Positions 17,380-28,751 of a stretch of 64,000 nucleotides of DNA are shown one piece after another (positions within the stretch are counted from its first letter, which is position 1; each line of letters starts with the position of its first letter). The position numbers were made by a program, and so were the translations under genes. The notes under the pieces are model-generated. The model saw nothing but the letters and a program-made list of their open reading frames with translations, was not told where the DNA came from and did no database searches. This DNA is from a virus. Location: positions 68,032 through 132,031 of the IMG/VR virus record IMGVR_UViG_3300045988_167796. One strand, 5' to 3'.

Positions 17380-18633
17380 TTAAGCGAAAAGTCCACGAAT
17401 TTCTGATTCACTACATGCAACAAAACCTGCCCCAACTTTTCCTTCAAGAGCCGTGATTCTATCAGCCTGTGAAGAAGAAGCGCTCTGAAGGGAACTAATA
17501 TTTGTTTCGTTTGTACCAACTCTTGTGTTAATACCAGAAACAGTAGTAGTAAGATTATTTACATCCGTCTGCGCTTTTGCAGCAGCCTGAGCAGCATCTG
17601 TTCCGGCTTTCTTTGCATCCTTGATCGCAAGGTCTACACTTCCGCCTTCTCCAATTGCAGTTTCAATAGTGGAAACCTTACCTTCGACAGTTGTCATTCT
17701 GTCGTTCATAGCATTGTTCTTTGTGTCAGTATAGTCTTTCGCATCAGAAAGTGCATTATTAGCTTTTTCTGTTGCATCTGCAGCTGCAGCCGTAATTGCT
17801 TCCTGTTTAGCAGTTGCAATCTCTGAACTAAAATCTACAGAAGAAACTTTTGCATTAATGTATTCAATAACTGTTTTTGCACTTGTACCTTCTGGAAGAG
17901 TTCCAACAAACGTTTCAAGCTTTGCAATTGCATCAGCGTTTGCAGAGATGTCGCCTGCCATTTCTGCAGCTTCTGCACTGTGGGTAGCACAGTAATCAAT
18001 TAATTCTTTGTATGTATTTACAACGTTATCATCGGATATTTTAGTTGCAAAATCATTAAATGCATCATCAATCTGTTTCTTTACAGAACCTGCACCTGTA
18101 CCTTTTAAAGTTGCAATTTCAGTTTCTGTTGCAGATACTCTTGGAGTAAGTGCATCTACATCGTTCTGTGCAGCGTCAGCAGCATCCTTTGCAGCAGCGA
18201 TTGCAGAATCTTTACCATCTGCATATTCTTTTGCCTTTGCAAGAATACCAGTTGTTTCATTGTTAATTGCATTAATAGCTGTTTCATTTGCGGTCGCTTT
18301 ATCGCTGACAGCTTGTACTTCGGACTTAACAGCAATATCAGATACTTTTACTCCTCCGTCTGCAATAGTTCCTTCTGCTGTTGTCATAGCAACGTTTCCG
18401 GCAACCTTTGTAGTAAGTTTTGGAATCAGGCCACTTAAATCAGATTCAGGTAACTCAATGGTATAAGCTGGAAGTGAATCGCCTACCGGTTCTTCTTCTC
18501 TGTAAAATTTTAAAGTATTTCCATCAATAGTTACTGTTTTTAATGCCTTTGCACTTGCAGTGTTGATTTCTCCTTTTGTAAGTTCGACTAAAAGCGCGGC
18601 ATTTTCAAGGGTTAAAATTTTCATCTGTTCCAT
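17380..18633 (-). CDS. Ala-rich coiled-coil fibrous structural protein
   Basis: long A/T/E-rich heptad-like C-terminal region; within tail module. Confidence 0.4.
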   Translation of the reverse strand: MEQMKILTLENAALLVELTKGEINTASAKALKTVTIDGNTLKFYREEEPVGDSLPAYTIELPESDLSGLIPKLTTKVAGNVAMTTAEGTIADGGVKVSDIAVKSEVQAVSDKATANETAINAINNETTGILAKAKEYADGKDSAIAAAKDAADAAQNDVDALTPRVSATETEIATLKGTGAGSVKKQIDDAFNDFATKISDDNVVNTYKELIDYCATHSAEAAEMAGDISANADAIAKLETFVGTLPEGTSAKTVIEYINAKVSSVDFSSEIATAKQEAITAAAADATEKANNALSDAKDYTDTKNNAMNDRMTTVEGKVSTIETAIGEGGSVDLAIKDAKKAGTDAAQAAAKAQTDVNNLTTTVSGINTRVGTNETNISSLQSASSSQADRITALEGKVGAGFVACSESEIRGLFA

Positions 18634-18655
18634 ATTAGAACCTCCTTATTTTTTT

Positions 18656-19480
18656 TTATATAAACAAGTCATAGACTTGTTCATTACTGAGTGGTTGTAT
18701 TTTTTCTTCTAATTTTTCATCGATTTTTTGATCAATCGTATCGCTAAATGTGCTATCTATTATGTTTGATATGTATGTCTCTGCGTCTTCTTTTGTAATA
18801 TAATTAAGCGCAGAAATTCTATTATCTACATAATCAGAAGTTACATATCCATTTTCTTTTAAATATTCAACTGTTAAAACATCAGAATATTTAACAGAAT
18901 CTGACACAATGAAATCTGATACACCAATTGCAGATATTTTTTTTATATATACAACATCTGTTTCGTGCTGAACCAAGAATATATTTTTAACAGCGCTAGA
19001 ATACAACGTATCTTCTTTGTTTGAAATCTTGTATACTCCGTCGATATAATATGTGCCATTATCAAGTGTATCTATAATGATTTTTTTATCTAGTGTCCCA
19101 GTTAAATTAATAATAGGTTTGTTACCTAATGTGTCATAATCTATTTCTGATAGTTCTGATAGAGGAGATACATAAAATACATCATTTAAATTTCTGTTTA
19201 CTATGTATCCTTTATATTTACCATTTACAAGTATACTTACTATTTGCCCTTCATATGTGTCGGACGCATTTTTCAAAAATGTTTCAGCAGATTCAATGTC
19301 TGAGAATCGGTATATTTTAGATTTAATTGGTATAATTGAATGATCTTCAGATATAATTACAAATTCTTTGGTGTCTTGACAAATTATCATGTCAAACTCA
19401 TCTAGTTTTCCATCATTTATTGCGTCTTGAATTTTGTCAAAATCAGTATATATAAAGCGAGAATGTTTATTATAATTCAT
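18656..19480 (-). CDS. hypothetical tail/baseplate-associated protein
   Basis: position in tail module. Confidence 0.4.
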   Translation of the reverse strand: MNYNKHSRFIYTDFDKIQDAINDGKLDEFDMIICQDTKEFVIISEDHSIIPIKSKIYRFSDIESAETFLKNASDTYEGQIVSILVNGKYKGYIVNRNLNDVFYVSPLSELSEIDYDTLGNKPIINLTGTLDKKIIIDTLDNGTYYIDGVYKISNKEDTLYSSAVKNIFLVQHETDVVYIKKISAIGVSDFIVSDSVKYSDVLTVEYLKENGYVTSDYVDNRISALNYITKEDAETYISNIIDSTFSDTIDQKIDEKLEEKIQPLSNEQVYDLFI

Positions 19481-19492
19481 TGTATTTACCTC

Positions 19493-20152
19493 TTATATTT
19501 TAATTACGCTTATATTACCTTGAGTTGTTCCACCAATTTCGACCAATTCATTATTTAGATCTTCAAGTTTGATTCCTGTTCCAATCTTTTTATCATTTGA
19601 CACCAAATATATTTCTCCTGACTGAACATCAAGAGTGATATTGTCTGCTTTATTATCATTTATAATATTTGCTGTATCTAATAAAGCCTCTATTTGAGCT
19701 TTGTTACTTAAATACAAATCTGCTAATTGGGAAAGTCCATCATCACTTACATGGAACCAGCTTGTAATTGGTACTATCTCAAGATATGTAGGAGATAAGT
19801 TTCGCACTCTTTTGATCATATTTCCATTAACATCTAATTCCACTTTTACAAAAGATAAATTTAATTCAACTGTACCTGGTTCTCCTGATATAGTATTTGC
19901 TTTTGACGGTATGACATATCTTAAATATTCATCTTTATAATTATCGTCAATAAGTTCTAGCTGCATAATTCTATTTGTTTTGCTTATCGGAAGTAAATAT
20001 TCAAGTAATAAGTCAAACGTGGAAAGATCATATCCGTTATATTCTTTTGGAGTAATAAACTGTATTTCGTCAACACAATTGCTTTTTTCCATAATAGGAG
20101 TTTGTGTAGATAAAATAATAGTATTGTCTTCTTTTATCAAATATGAATTCAA
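19493..20152 (-). CDS. hypothetical tail-associated protein
   Basis: position. Confidence 0.4.
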   Translation of the reverse strand: MNSYLIKEDNTIILSTQTPIMEKSNCVDEIQFITPKEYNGYDLSTFDLLLEYLLPISKTNRIMQLELIDDNYKDEYLRYVIPSKANTISGEPGTVELNLSFVKVELDVNGNMIKRVRNLSPTYLEIVPITSWFHVSDDGLSQLADLYLSNKAQIEALLDTANIINDNKADNITLDVQSGEIYLVSNDKKIGTGIKLEDLNNELVEIGGTTQGNISVIKI

Positions 20153-20303
20153 TATTAATCACCTCCAGAAACGATACGCTCAAATTCTGATTGTGTTATT
20201 TTTTTATCCTTGAGCATTTTATTTATTTGTTCAGTATTGATTTTTCTCTTTTCATATAAACGCTTTATGCTTTCTATCATATTGGTATAATGTGTTTCAT
20301 TCA

Positions 20304-20618
20304 CTACAAAACACCCCTTTCAATTAGTTCCATAGTGTAATTATCTATGATGTCTTCCGGAGTAGATAAATTATATAGTTTCAATGTTTTATATTCGTGT
20401 TCATCTATTTCGCTAATTGATACATTTAAGTATTTATCAACAGGGAATTTGTTGCATGTTGATATATGATAAGCTGTATTTTTGTCAGAACTTAATATTC
20501 CCTGAGCTTCATTTTCGTTGCACAAAAGCAGCACATCATGTTTTTTCTGGTACTTTACATATATCAACTCATCAAGTACGTCTATCACTTTTTGTTTATG
20601 AAGTATTTTAAAAAACAT
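20304..20618 (-). CDS. hypothetical protein
   Basis: ORF track. Confidence 0.35.
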   Translation of the reverse strand: MFFKILHKQKVIDVLDELIYVKYQKKHDVLLLCNENEAQGILSSDKNTAYHISTCNKFPVDKYLNVSISEIDEHEYKTLKLYNLSTPEDIIDNYTMELIERGVL

Positions 20619-20631
20619 ATTTTTCCCTTTC

Positions 20632-20667
20632 TAATCAAAAATGCTGCCACTATTATGTGACAGCATT
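20632..20667 (-). terminator. rho-independent terminator after giant fibre gene
   Basis: aatgctg...cagcatt stem, T-run on minus strand. Confidence 0.5.
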
Positions 20668-20678
20668 TAAAATACAAG

Positions 20679-23600
20679 CTAAATTGATAATTCAATAAGT
20701 ACATACTTTTTATATGTTGCATAGGAATATCCATCTACGTATCCTGGGGAATTATTATCACCAGATATTGATATAAAATAAGTTGAATATCCCGTATTAG
20801 GAGATCTCGTCCAATAAGATCCAAGAACCCCATCATATGTATAACGCGCCCTTGTTGCGTCAGAAGTAATAAAAGGAGTAACGGTTCCTTCGTAGTTATA
20901 TGGTTCACGGTTATAACTTGAATCGAGTTCTACGATTGCAGGTATTGTAATATAGCAATCTGATGTAATTGTTTCTGATGATTTATTACCAGCTGTAGAA
21001 GGTATCTTACATTGTTTCAGAAGTTGCCTCCATTGAATTGGTATGGCATTATAAAACCTGTTATTTAACGTAGTTTTAAGTGAAGTATTTGCCCATCCGC
21101 CATCATTTGATGAAGAATTTTTATTTAAAATCATCTGATTTTCAAGAAGGTTTGCTCCTAAAAACGTCATAGATGTTTTTGATCCAGACCCATCGGATAG
21201 ATAATACTTCCTAAATCCAGACATTTCTAATGTTATGTTCTCATGCGTCCATGCGGCAATATCTCTACATACACTATCTCCAAGGTCTGAATACCATAAT
21301 TTACTCCAATATACTGTCCCTATAGCATAATTTTCGTACACGCCATCATCTGCACGCGCACATCCAAATACTAATGTTTGAGTTCCTGCTACAGATCTTG
21401 TTGCTTTTAATGTGCTATATTCAATATTATCCGAAGATAAATTACTCCTATATACATGAATTTGAGTATCACCTTTTTTGTGACGCATAACAAGCATATC
21501 TCTATCATTTACACCAGAGCTATTTGTTGATGAAGTTCCCCATGTTACACGATATTGTGATGAATACCATAATTTAAATCCATTTGATCCGTCTCCTTGA
21601 TAACATTGCATCAGAACAGAATTTTCTGTATTAGATTCTGACCATTTATAATCAACAGCAAGCGTCCAATCTTTATCTATATTCAAAAGATCTATTTTTG
21701 TGTCTATATAATTACTTCCAGAGAATACAGTTTTATCAGAAATTAATACTACTTCTGATATGTCATCACAATGATAATCAATTCCCATATTAAATGATAT
21801 AGAATCTTTAAGCTGTACATATGTCTGTTCTTTACCTAATTTTTTTAAAGCATATATTTGTACTGGTCGCATATCTGAAATATCTAAATCATCAAAACAT
21901 CCATCTGTATATTCAAATGAATCAAAAATAGCATTAATATCTTTATTCCCATCTATATATCCACTTTTATCCCAATGAGAAAATAAATAATAATTATATG
22001 CAGGTTCTTCTTCTGTATACACTGGGACATCTCCAACGTATTGTATAATACTTCCATATGGACCTGAAGATTCATAAAGTACTACGCCATGATTCAAATA
22101 ACGTACAGTATATTCACGAATTTTTTCAGAATATGTTGCAGTATATGTTTTGTTTGAGAACATTGGTACAAATTCAATATCCCATGAATCGAACGTAAAA
22201 TCTGTACTTACAGTACTTTCTTTTGTTGGTATGTCAATAGGATTTGTATCCCTTGTAATAGGATCTACTGCATATTCACCTTTGTCAACATATTGCACAT
22301 CAAGTATAGTACCATCATCATTCATAAATGTTGCTGTGAATTGTATAATTAATGTGCTGTATGATATGATAAGATCAGGCCATGCTTCAGTATAATCCGC
22401 TAATAAGTTTTGTTTTACAATAGGAGAATAAAAGTTTCCTGAAAGCACAGAAACCAATGAATTATAACCGTTGTTATCAATACCTGCAATGTTGATTAAT
22501 CTGTCAAGAATAGAAGTGTCTGCGATTCCTTCATCAGTTCCCCAGTCAATACCAATAAGACGAACATTAGTAAGAGCAGGAGAAGATGTTATGTATTCAT
22601 AAGAGTTAATAGCAGGAGTGTTTTCAATGGTTAAAGTTCTCAGATTTTCAAATCCAGCTAACTGTAAATCTGTAATATATGAAAGATTTTTAACTGTAAG
22701 AGATGTTACTGCTGGGATATGCGCAATTCGTATCTTTCCGCCATTGGCAAATGATACACCTGTTAAACCAGAACCTTCTGCATAAAACTCTAATAAATTT
22801 GGACATCCAGTAAGATTTAAACTCATTACAAGATTTGGAGTGTTTTTAATATTCAGATATTCAAGGAGAACATTGTTGCCAATGTTAAGATTTGTTAAGA
22901 ATCCATTAGAGTAACCTGCTGTATCATTACCAATGATAAGTTCTTTAAGCTTAACAGCTTTTGAGAAATCATTATCATGAATATAGCAAGCAGATACGTC
23001 TCCAAGAGACTGTATACGAGACGCACAATAAATAAGAACAGCAGTGTCATCCATGGTTTCAAATGGACATTCTATATCATATTGCACTCCAGCTTTTGCA
23101 CGGATCTGAGTACGATATGTTGCCCCAAACATGACTGATAAATACATATCACTATACGGAGTTAAATGAAGTGTATAATTTGGAGTCACAATAGCATCCA
23201 CAGGAGTATTACATCTGAACATGATTTGATCAGAAGTAGCAGTGGTTCCAAAATATTTTGTAGCAATATATTTTTCCTGGTCACGTTCAAACTGCCTTCT
23301 CTGATATTTCTTTTTACCATTCATCATAGATACTAAGAATCTAGGCGTGCCACCTTCATAAGTTCTTCTATATTTTCTGATATAATCAATTCTCCAAAGT
23401 TCTTCCGGGAAAGAAGATTGAGCTTCATCGAATTGATTAATAAGACCTTCTGCGCTCCATGCACCTTTACTTTCACATTGCAAGAACATATTTACTAATT
23501 CATCGTGCATTAAATCTCTGATACGACAGAAGAATTTTGACTCTGCTGCGTTGAAGATATAACCTGAAGAAGGATCACCGTCAGTACGATAATCTGTATC

Positions 23601-26600
23601 TTCTTTACCATATGTCATGGTAAGCTCGCCGCTGTTATTTATTCCAAGGCCTGTATCGTTATCATAATTCCACAATTCAAATCTATAACCATTATTAATT
23701 GCAGCTGCTTCATCGTCAATTGTATAATATTTTGCATCTTCACCCAAAGCTTCAGCTTCTTCTTTAGATATATATACTTTTGAATAATGCCAAAAAGTGT
23801 TTTTGGCTCTGTTGTCAATCATCGTATATCTTTCTGTAAACAGATAGAAATACAAAGCAGAATCAACAATAAACCAATTCTTTAATCCGGATACAAATTC
23901 CTCGTCTGTAGATGTTGAAACGAAACGATAGAATTCTCTCCATTTCGCCATGTTAGCTTGATGTTGTTCGTCAGTGATTCCGTCTATTTCATATCTAAAT
24001 CCATATGTTCCCTTTTCATCAAACTTATCTGCGTCAAGAGCAGCAAGAGCTTCTTCCGTTCCTGAGAATGTAGAATTTGGAAGTGTATTATCCATAATCT
24101 CTACTACAAATTCATTAGGATCGTTTACGTCAGCAACTCTTGTATAGTCAGTTTTTTTAGAATCGCCGATGTTACCCAACGCATAAAAATGCCATTCACA
24201 ATCCTGAAATTCTCTATGTGTTGATAAATCAGGATCTGATTCTTTTAAGAATACAATACAATCAACAAATTCCATTGTATTTTTAACATTTGGATTCTTT
24301 TTCTGAGCAACGCTTGTATACGGGAGATAATCATTGTAACGCTTCTGTAATTTTGCATTATTTTCATTTTCTGAAGAAGCAATATTTACTTTTATATTAC
24401 AGTAATTAGTAGGTACAGAATTTCTCGTTAAAGTAATTTTACCAGTACCATCTTCATATCTTGTACCGTCACCCATAGTAAGAATAGTCTTATAATTTTC
24501 ATCATAAGTAATTTTGCTGTTTGTATATACTCCATCGAAGCACATCAAAAGGTCTAAATTCCTTCCAGCATATCCATATTCATTAGAAGTAGTACCCTGG
24601 CCGCTATGATAACAGTTAATTGCTTTCCAGTTATCTAGAACAGGATCACCACCAGTATGGATGCATTCTACAGATGTATCTTTTACAAAGTCTTTCTTAT
24701 CATTTGTGAAATGAGGGCATTCAATCTTAATAACCTTTTTATCTGGACATGCTTTTGCTGCTGATTCAGGTGTAAGCTGATTATTTTCATCATATATCTG
24801 GTTTTTTGTATATCTTGAAATCATTTCTGTAGCATTACGTGCATCAGCAATATAATTAGATAAAACACCGGAATCGGTAAGACTACTTGAATATGCTTTC
24901 ATTCTGTAAATAAGTACATCACAATCATTTGAACCTATAATAATAGGCACCGGAGTTGTTTGAGTAAATGTATGGTCGGAAGTATAAATCATAGGTCTTC
25001 CAGGAGTACCATCTTCATAAGAAAGCACAAGCGGAATTTCTGTATCTTTGAAAATATTAAATTCAAATTCAATGATATCTTCTTCACTATACGGTATATA
25101 TAATTTATCAACAGAAGAACGCACATAAGCTTCATGGACATTCATCTGCAAACCAATCTCTGGATTGTCGGTCTGACATGTCAAGAATGTAGCATTACTT
25201 TTACTAACATTTTCAGTTTTGAAAATCAGCTTAAATTCTTTACCGTTTTTTCTTGCGTCATCAGCAAAAAGATTGTAAGAGAACGTTGCTGAAGTACCAG
25301 CTTTTACACAGAAATACTGATCACCATTAGAATCTAACTGATAACCACCATTAACCCAGTCAAAGTTATCAGATACGGTCATAGCAACTGTACTGTTATT
25401 TTCATCATACCAAAGTTTGTTTTCGTCATTATTTGAACGTCCAGTTGGATTGAAATCAAAAGCAAGATTCGCTGTTACTGGTTCTACATTAATATTCAGC
25501 TTTTCAATTGTTACATTAATGGTTTTTACTACATCGCGGCATTGAATAGTTAATACATGAGGACCAATTTCGTCAGATTTGAACTGCCATGTTTGAGTAG
25601 GAGAATCAAGTGTAAGAGTAGATGTAACAACACCATCAACAGAAAGAGTTACTTTTGGAGATTCAGTATTTGGATCATATACCGTATAGATTATATTTGT
25701 AGAATCATACTGCATTGCAGTAAAATTCTGATAGATACATCCAATTACAGGTACATCGCTTGTAGAGTCATACCAAAGAATATCTTTATATATATGATTT
25801 GTTTCAATTGTTGAGTTATTAATTTCTGCTGTGATATAAACATCTAAAAGATGCGCTCCGTGAGTCTGCTCTGGAAGCGTATAAGACATTGGTAGACCAG
25901 AAGATGATGTAACTACAGTGCCAATTTCTTTACCGCCAAGAACGAAATGTACTGTTTTTTCAATAGAACCATATGGAGTATAATCAAATGCTATAGTTCC
26001 AATAGGGTATGTATATCTATCATTAAAACTACTTTCGATACGTACATCAATCATTTGCACAGTCCATGTTTTAACTGAAATAGCTCCAGCAGCATCTGTA
26101 ATAGTAAGAGTAAGTTTTTGAGTACCAACAGATATATATTCAGTTGCATCAAAAGTATTTTCGCCCTGTATAGCGATTGTTGTTGCAATTATTGTATTTC
26201 CAAGTTTCCATACAGCGGTACCTTCTCCGGTATCATCGCCAGAACTATCTACTGATGAAAAGTTATATTTAATAATAGCCTTATCGTTCTTTGTAATAGT
26301 AACAGGAGAAGTAGTAATACGGTCGATTGTAATCGTTGTAGAAGTTGATCCCCCGCCACCACCTCCTACAATTGTACTTGCGCTGACAACTGTTTCTGTC
26401 TCAGTTCCGTCTTCATTTTCAGAAACTTCAATAAGTTGAAATAATCCCGTTTCTGGATCATAAGTGTGTCTATAGTGTACAGTTGGATCAGTATTCGCAT
26501 TATTAATTTGCTCCTCTAATTCTGAAAGCTTAGAAGAGATAGCTGTAATATTAGATTTATTTGTATCAGTTGAACTTTTTATCTGATCAATGTTTGACTG

Positions 26601-27794
26601 AATAGATGAAATATCTGTACTATTTACTTTGTCTTTTAATTTCTCATCAATCTGCGTAGATGTATAATAATTGCTTTCAAGCATACTATTTGTATTACTT
26701 ATATCTTTTTGCAATTGTGTAACTGTTTCATCGTTAGATGTTTTATACTCATTTAACGCATCAGATACCACGCCAACTGTATTATCAATATCTGTTTTTA
26801 AAGAAGATTTAAACGTAGACGTCCATTCAGATGTTGGATTTGTAGAAAGTTCATGCGATACAATAAGTTCTTCGCCATTTTTAAATAACATAATATTAGT
26901 AGAACTATCATAATCAACCTTAAGATTTGCAAGTCCGTCGATAGCGTCAATTTTATTTTGCACTTCTTCAAGAACATTAGAAAAGTCCATATTATTAATA
27001 ATCTGGTCTACTTCACTTTTTGTATAATAATTCTGTAATGTAATAGCTAACTCTGATTTTACATTTGATGTAATATCGTCAGAAACATTTGAAACCTTTT
27101 CGTCTACTGTATTAGCTATAGCCTGAGCTTGATTAGCTGCTTGCCGCGCAGATTCAACATATGAATTTGCTTCATTTACGAGATTTGAAACTTGTTGAAG
27201 ATATGTATCCCATCCTTGTGATGGTTCTATTGCTCCATTACCAGATAATGATTCTAGTATACTGATACTATTCTTATTTGGTCTTGTTTTCCACACATAG
27301 TTTTTATCACCTTTAGTTGTAGAAATTGTACCGGATGCTATAATTTCAAATTCAACATAACCTTTAACTGCACAAACAGACGCATCTGCTAACCAGTAAA
27401 ATCTTATTTTTTCTGAATTCGCAACTACGTTAATAGGGACGCTAAGACCATCATATCCATTTGCATTAACATAATGAATTTGAAAAGTCATATTTGTTAA
27501 ATCAATGCCGTCATAATACCTTGGTAATTCAAATGGGATGACCTGACTGTTTTCTTCTTGTGTAATATTAATTTGATTAACGCTGGTTCGTATATTCTTC
27601 AAATCATCCACATACGAATAATCGTTATCTTCATAATCGTCTATCCAATCATATAAAGCATTTTGTACTCGTATATATGGGTCATCTACATTTTCTATTA
27701 ATGATACTGTCGTATTTTTGTTATTAGCAACAGTAGAAGTCTGAGAATCTACATTAGAAGCTGCAACAATAGCTTGATTAAATGAACTAGACAT
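20679..27794 (-). CDS. giant (2371 aa) receptor-binding / tail fibre protein with coiled-coil, poly-Gly linker, LRR-like and LamG/concanavalin-like regions
   Basis: LRR-like L..L.L..N periodicity around residues 1500-1620; C-terminal LamG-like block; GGGGGGS linker. Confidence 0.55.
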   Translation of the reverse strand: MSSSFNQAIVAASNVDSQTSTVANNKNTTVSLIENVDDPYIRVQNALYDWIDDYEDNDYSYVDDLKNIRTSVNQINITQEENSQVIPFELPRYYDGIDLTNMTFQIHYVNANGYDGLSVPINVVANSEKIRFYWLADASVCAVKGYVEFEIIASGTISTTKGDKNYVWKTRPNKNSISILESLSGNGAIEPSQGWDTYLQQVSNLVNEANSYVESARQAANQAQAIANTVDEKVSNVSDDITSNVKSELAITLQNYYTKSEVDQIINNMDFSNVLEEVQNKIDAIDGLANLKVDYDSSTNIMLFKNGEELIVSHELSTNPTSEWTSTFKSSLKTDIDNTVGVVSDALNEYKTSNDETVTQLQKDISNTNSMLESNYYTSTQIDEKLKDKVNSTDISSIQSNIDQIKSSTDTNKSNITAISSKLSELEEQINNANTDPTVHYRHTYDPETGLFQLIEVSENEDGTETETVVSASTIVGGGGGGSTSTTITIDRITTSPVTITKNDKAIIKYNFSSVDSSGDDTGEGTAVWKLGNTIIATTIAIQGENTFDATEYISVGTQKLTLTITDAAGAISVKTWTVQMIDVRIESSFNDRYTYPIGTIAFDYTPYGSIEKTVHFVLGGKEIGTVVTSSSGLPMSYTLPEQTHGAHLLDVYITAEINNSTIETNHIYKDILWYDSTSDVPVIGCIYQNFTAMQYDSTNIIYTVYDPNTESPKVTLSVDGVVTSTLTLDSPTQTWQFKSDEIGPHVLTIQCRDVVKTINVTIEKLNINVEPVTANLAFDFNPTGRSNNDENKLWYDENNSTVAMTVSDNFDWVNGGYQLDSNGDQYFCVKAGTSATFSYNLFADDARKNGKEFKLIFKTENVSKSNATFLTCQTDNPEIGLQMNVHEAYVRSSVDKLYIPYSEEDIIEFEFNIFKDTEIPLVLSYEDGTPGRPMIYTSDHTFTQTTPVPIIIGSNDCDVLIYRMKAYSSSLTDSGVLSNYIADARNATEMISRYTKNQIYDENNQLTPESAAKACPDKKVIKIECPHFTNDKKDFVKDTSVECIHTGGDPVLDNWKAINCYHSGQGTTSNEYGYAGRNLDLLMCFDGVYTNSKITYDENYKTILTMGDGTRYEDGTGKITLTRNSVPTNYCNIKVNIASSENENNAKLQKRYNDYLPYTSVAQKKNPNVKNTMEFVDCIVFLKESDPDLSTHREFQDCEWHFYALGNIGDSKKTDYTRVADVNDPNEFVVEIMDNTLPNSTFSGTEEALAALDADKFDEKGTYGFRYEIDGITDEQHQANMAKWREFYRFVSTSTDEEFVSGLKNWFIVDSALYFYLFTERYTMIDNRAKNTFWHYSKVYISKEEAEALGEDAKYYTIDDEAAAINNGYRFELWNYDNDTGLGINNSGELTMTYGKEDTDYRTDGDPSSGYIFNAAESKFFCRIRDLMHDELVNMFLQCESKGAWSAEGLINQFDEAQSSFPEELWRIDYIRKYRRTYEGGTPRFLVSMMNGKKKYQRRQFERDQEKYIATKYFGTTATSDQIMFRCNTPVDAIVTPNYTLHLTPYSDMYLSVMFGATYRTQIRAKAGVQYDIECPFETMDDTAVLIYCASRIQSLGDVSACYIHDNDFSKAVKLKELIIGNDTAGYSNGFLTNLNIGNNVLLEYLNIKNTPNLVMSLNLTGCPNLLEFYAEGSGLTGVSFANGGKIRIAHIPAVTSLTVKNLSYITDLQLAGFENLRTLTIENTPAINSYEYITSSPALTNVRLIGIDWGTDEGIADTSILDRLINIAGIDNNGYNSLVSVLSGNFYSPIVKQNLLADYTEAWPDLIISYSTLIIQFTATFMNDDGTILDVQYVDKGEYAVDPITRDTNPIDIPTKESTVSTDFTFDSWDIEFVPMFSNKTYTATYSEKIREYTVRYLNHGVVLYESSGPYGSIIQYVGDVPVYTEEEPAYNYYLFSHWDKSGYIDGNKDINAIFDSFEYTDGCFDDLDISDMRPVQIYALKKLGKEQTYVQLKDSISFNMGIDYHCDDISEVVLISDKTVFSGSNYIDTKIDLLNIDKDWTLAVDYKWSESNTENSVLMQCYQGDGSNGFKLWYSSQYRVTWGTSSTNSSGVNDRDMLVMRHKKGDTQIHVYRSNLSSDNIEYSTLKATRSVAGTQTLVFGCARADDGVYENYAIGTVYWSKLWYSDLGDSVCRDIAAWTHENITLEMSGFRKYYLSDGSGSKTSMTFLGANLLENQMILNKNSSSNDGGWANTSLKTTLNNRFYNAIPIQWRQLLKQCKIPSTAGNKSSETITSDCYITIPAIVELDSSYNREPYNYEGTVTPFITSDATRARYTYDGVLGSYWTRSPNTGYSTYFISISGDNNSPGYVDGYSYATYKKYVLIELSI

Positions 27795-27877
27795 TTTTCC
27801 TCCTTCCCGCGCAAAAAGCGCTATTGAAAAAACGATATATTTTATCTGTCTTAATAATTTTTTATTTAATTTATCCT

Positions 27878-28321
27878 TTATTTTTCAACGAACAACTCCA
27901 ATACATCTAATTCTGCGTCAGTTAATTCGCCATCATTTTGAGTTCCGTATAAAATAAATTCAGATTCAGGGATCATATAAAAATCTAATTCAATTTTCTG
28001 AGCTGATAATTCATTTAGTTTTTCCTGCTGAATCGTTTTAAATTCTGAAATAAATTCATATTTAATTCTAAGTCCTTCATTATCTTCGACCGCCTTGTCC
28101 TGCGCTTTAAATTCGTCAAATAATTCAGAAATAATCTCGTTAATCATTTCTACAATCATTTTATTTGCATTCTCAATTGTTTTACAATTAAACTTTAATG
28201 CCTGTCGTACGGCCATTCTTGTTTTTAAATTTTTCTTTCTAATAAGTCCTTTATGTTCGTCATCTCCAAAAAGTATATGTGAAATTGTATATATTTCTCC
28301 ATTTGTTAAAGTTTTCTTCAT
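27878..28321 (-). CDS. hypothetical acidic protein (possible fibre chaperone)
   Basis: ggagg RBS; sits between spike and giant fibre. Confidence 0.4.
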   Translation of the reverse strand: MKKTLTNGEIYTISHILFGDDEHKGLIRKKNLKTRMAVRQALKFNCKTIENANKMIVEMINEIISELFDEFKAQDKAVEDNEGLRIKYEFISEFKTIQQEKLNELSAQKIELDFYMIPESEFILYGTQNDGELTDAELDVLELFVEK

Positions 28322-28402
28322 AACTATTATTCCTCCTAATTATTTGTATATAATTTTTATATTGAGTTCATCCGATTGCTTTGACAGAAAAAGATAAGTG
28401 AT

Positions 28403-28691
28403 ATGCTTATTAAAACCAACACCGTAACCAACACCAACATCAGAACAAGAAAAAATAATATATCCAAAACTTAATAAAACTAATCTTACTCTTGCTGTTA
28501 AACAAACTTATGCATTAAAAGTTATAAAGAAAAGTAGTACTGATAGCATAAAAAACTATAAATCATCTAATTCAAGCATTGCAACAGTATCTAAATCCGG
28601 GAAAATTACAGCAAAGAAACAAGGAACATGCTATATCACTGTAATAATGAACAGCGGGAAATACTCAAGAATAACTATTGTTGTGAAATAA
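28403..28691 (+). pseudogene. orphan frameshifted Big_2 (bacterial Ig-like) domain remnant on opposite strand
   Basis: ATG then TAA after 23 codons; +1 frame continues into a clean Big_2-like 75-aa block resembling the Big_2 near the TMP C-terminus. Confidence 0.35.
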
Positions 28692-28698
28692 GCATTTT

Positions 28699-28730
28699 AA
28701 AGAGAACCGTCTATCTGGGCGGTTCTCTTT
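28699..28730. terminator. 11-bp stem hairpin (bidirectional terminator)
   Basis: aaagagaaccg...cggttctcttt. Confidence 0.45.
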
Positions 28731-28751
28731 AAATATATATTATACGTTGAT

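Noticed and set aside
15034-18466. Plus-strand ORFs 15034..15315, 16417..16692, 18008..18466
   Set aside because: Ala/Val/Ser-rich antisense translations of tail-fibre genes; no translation signals.
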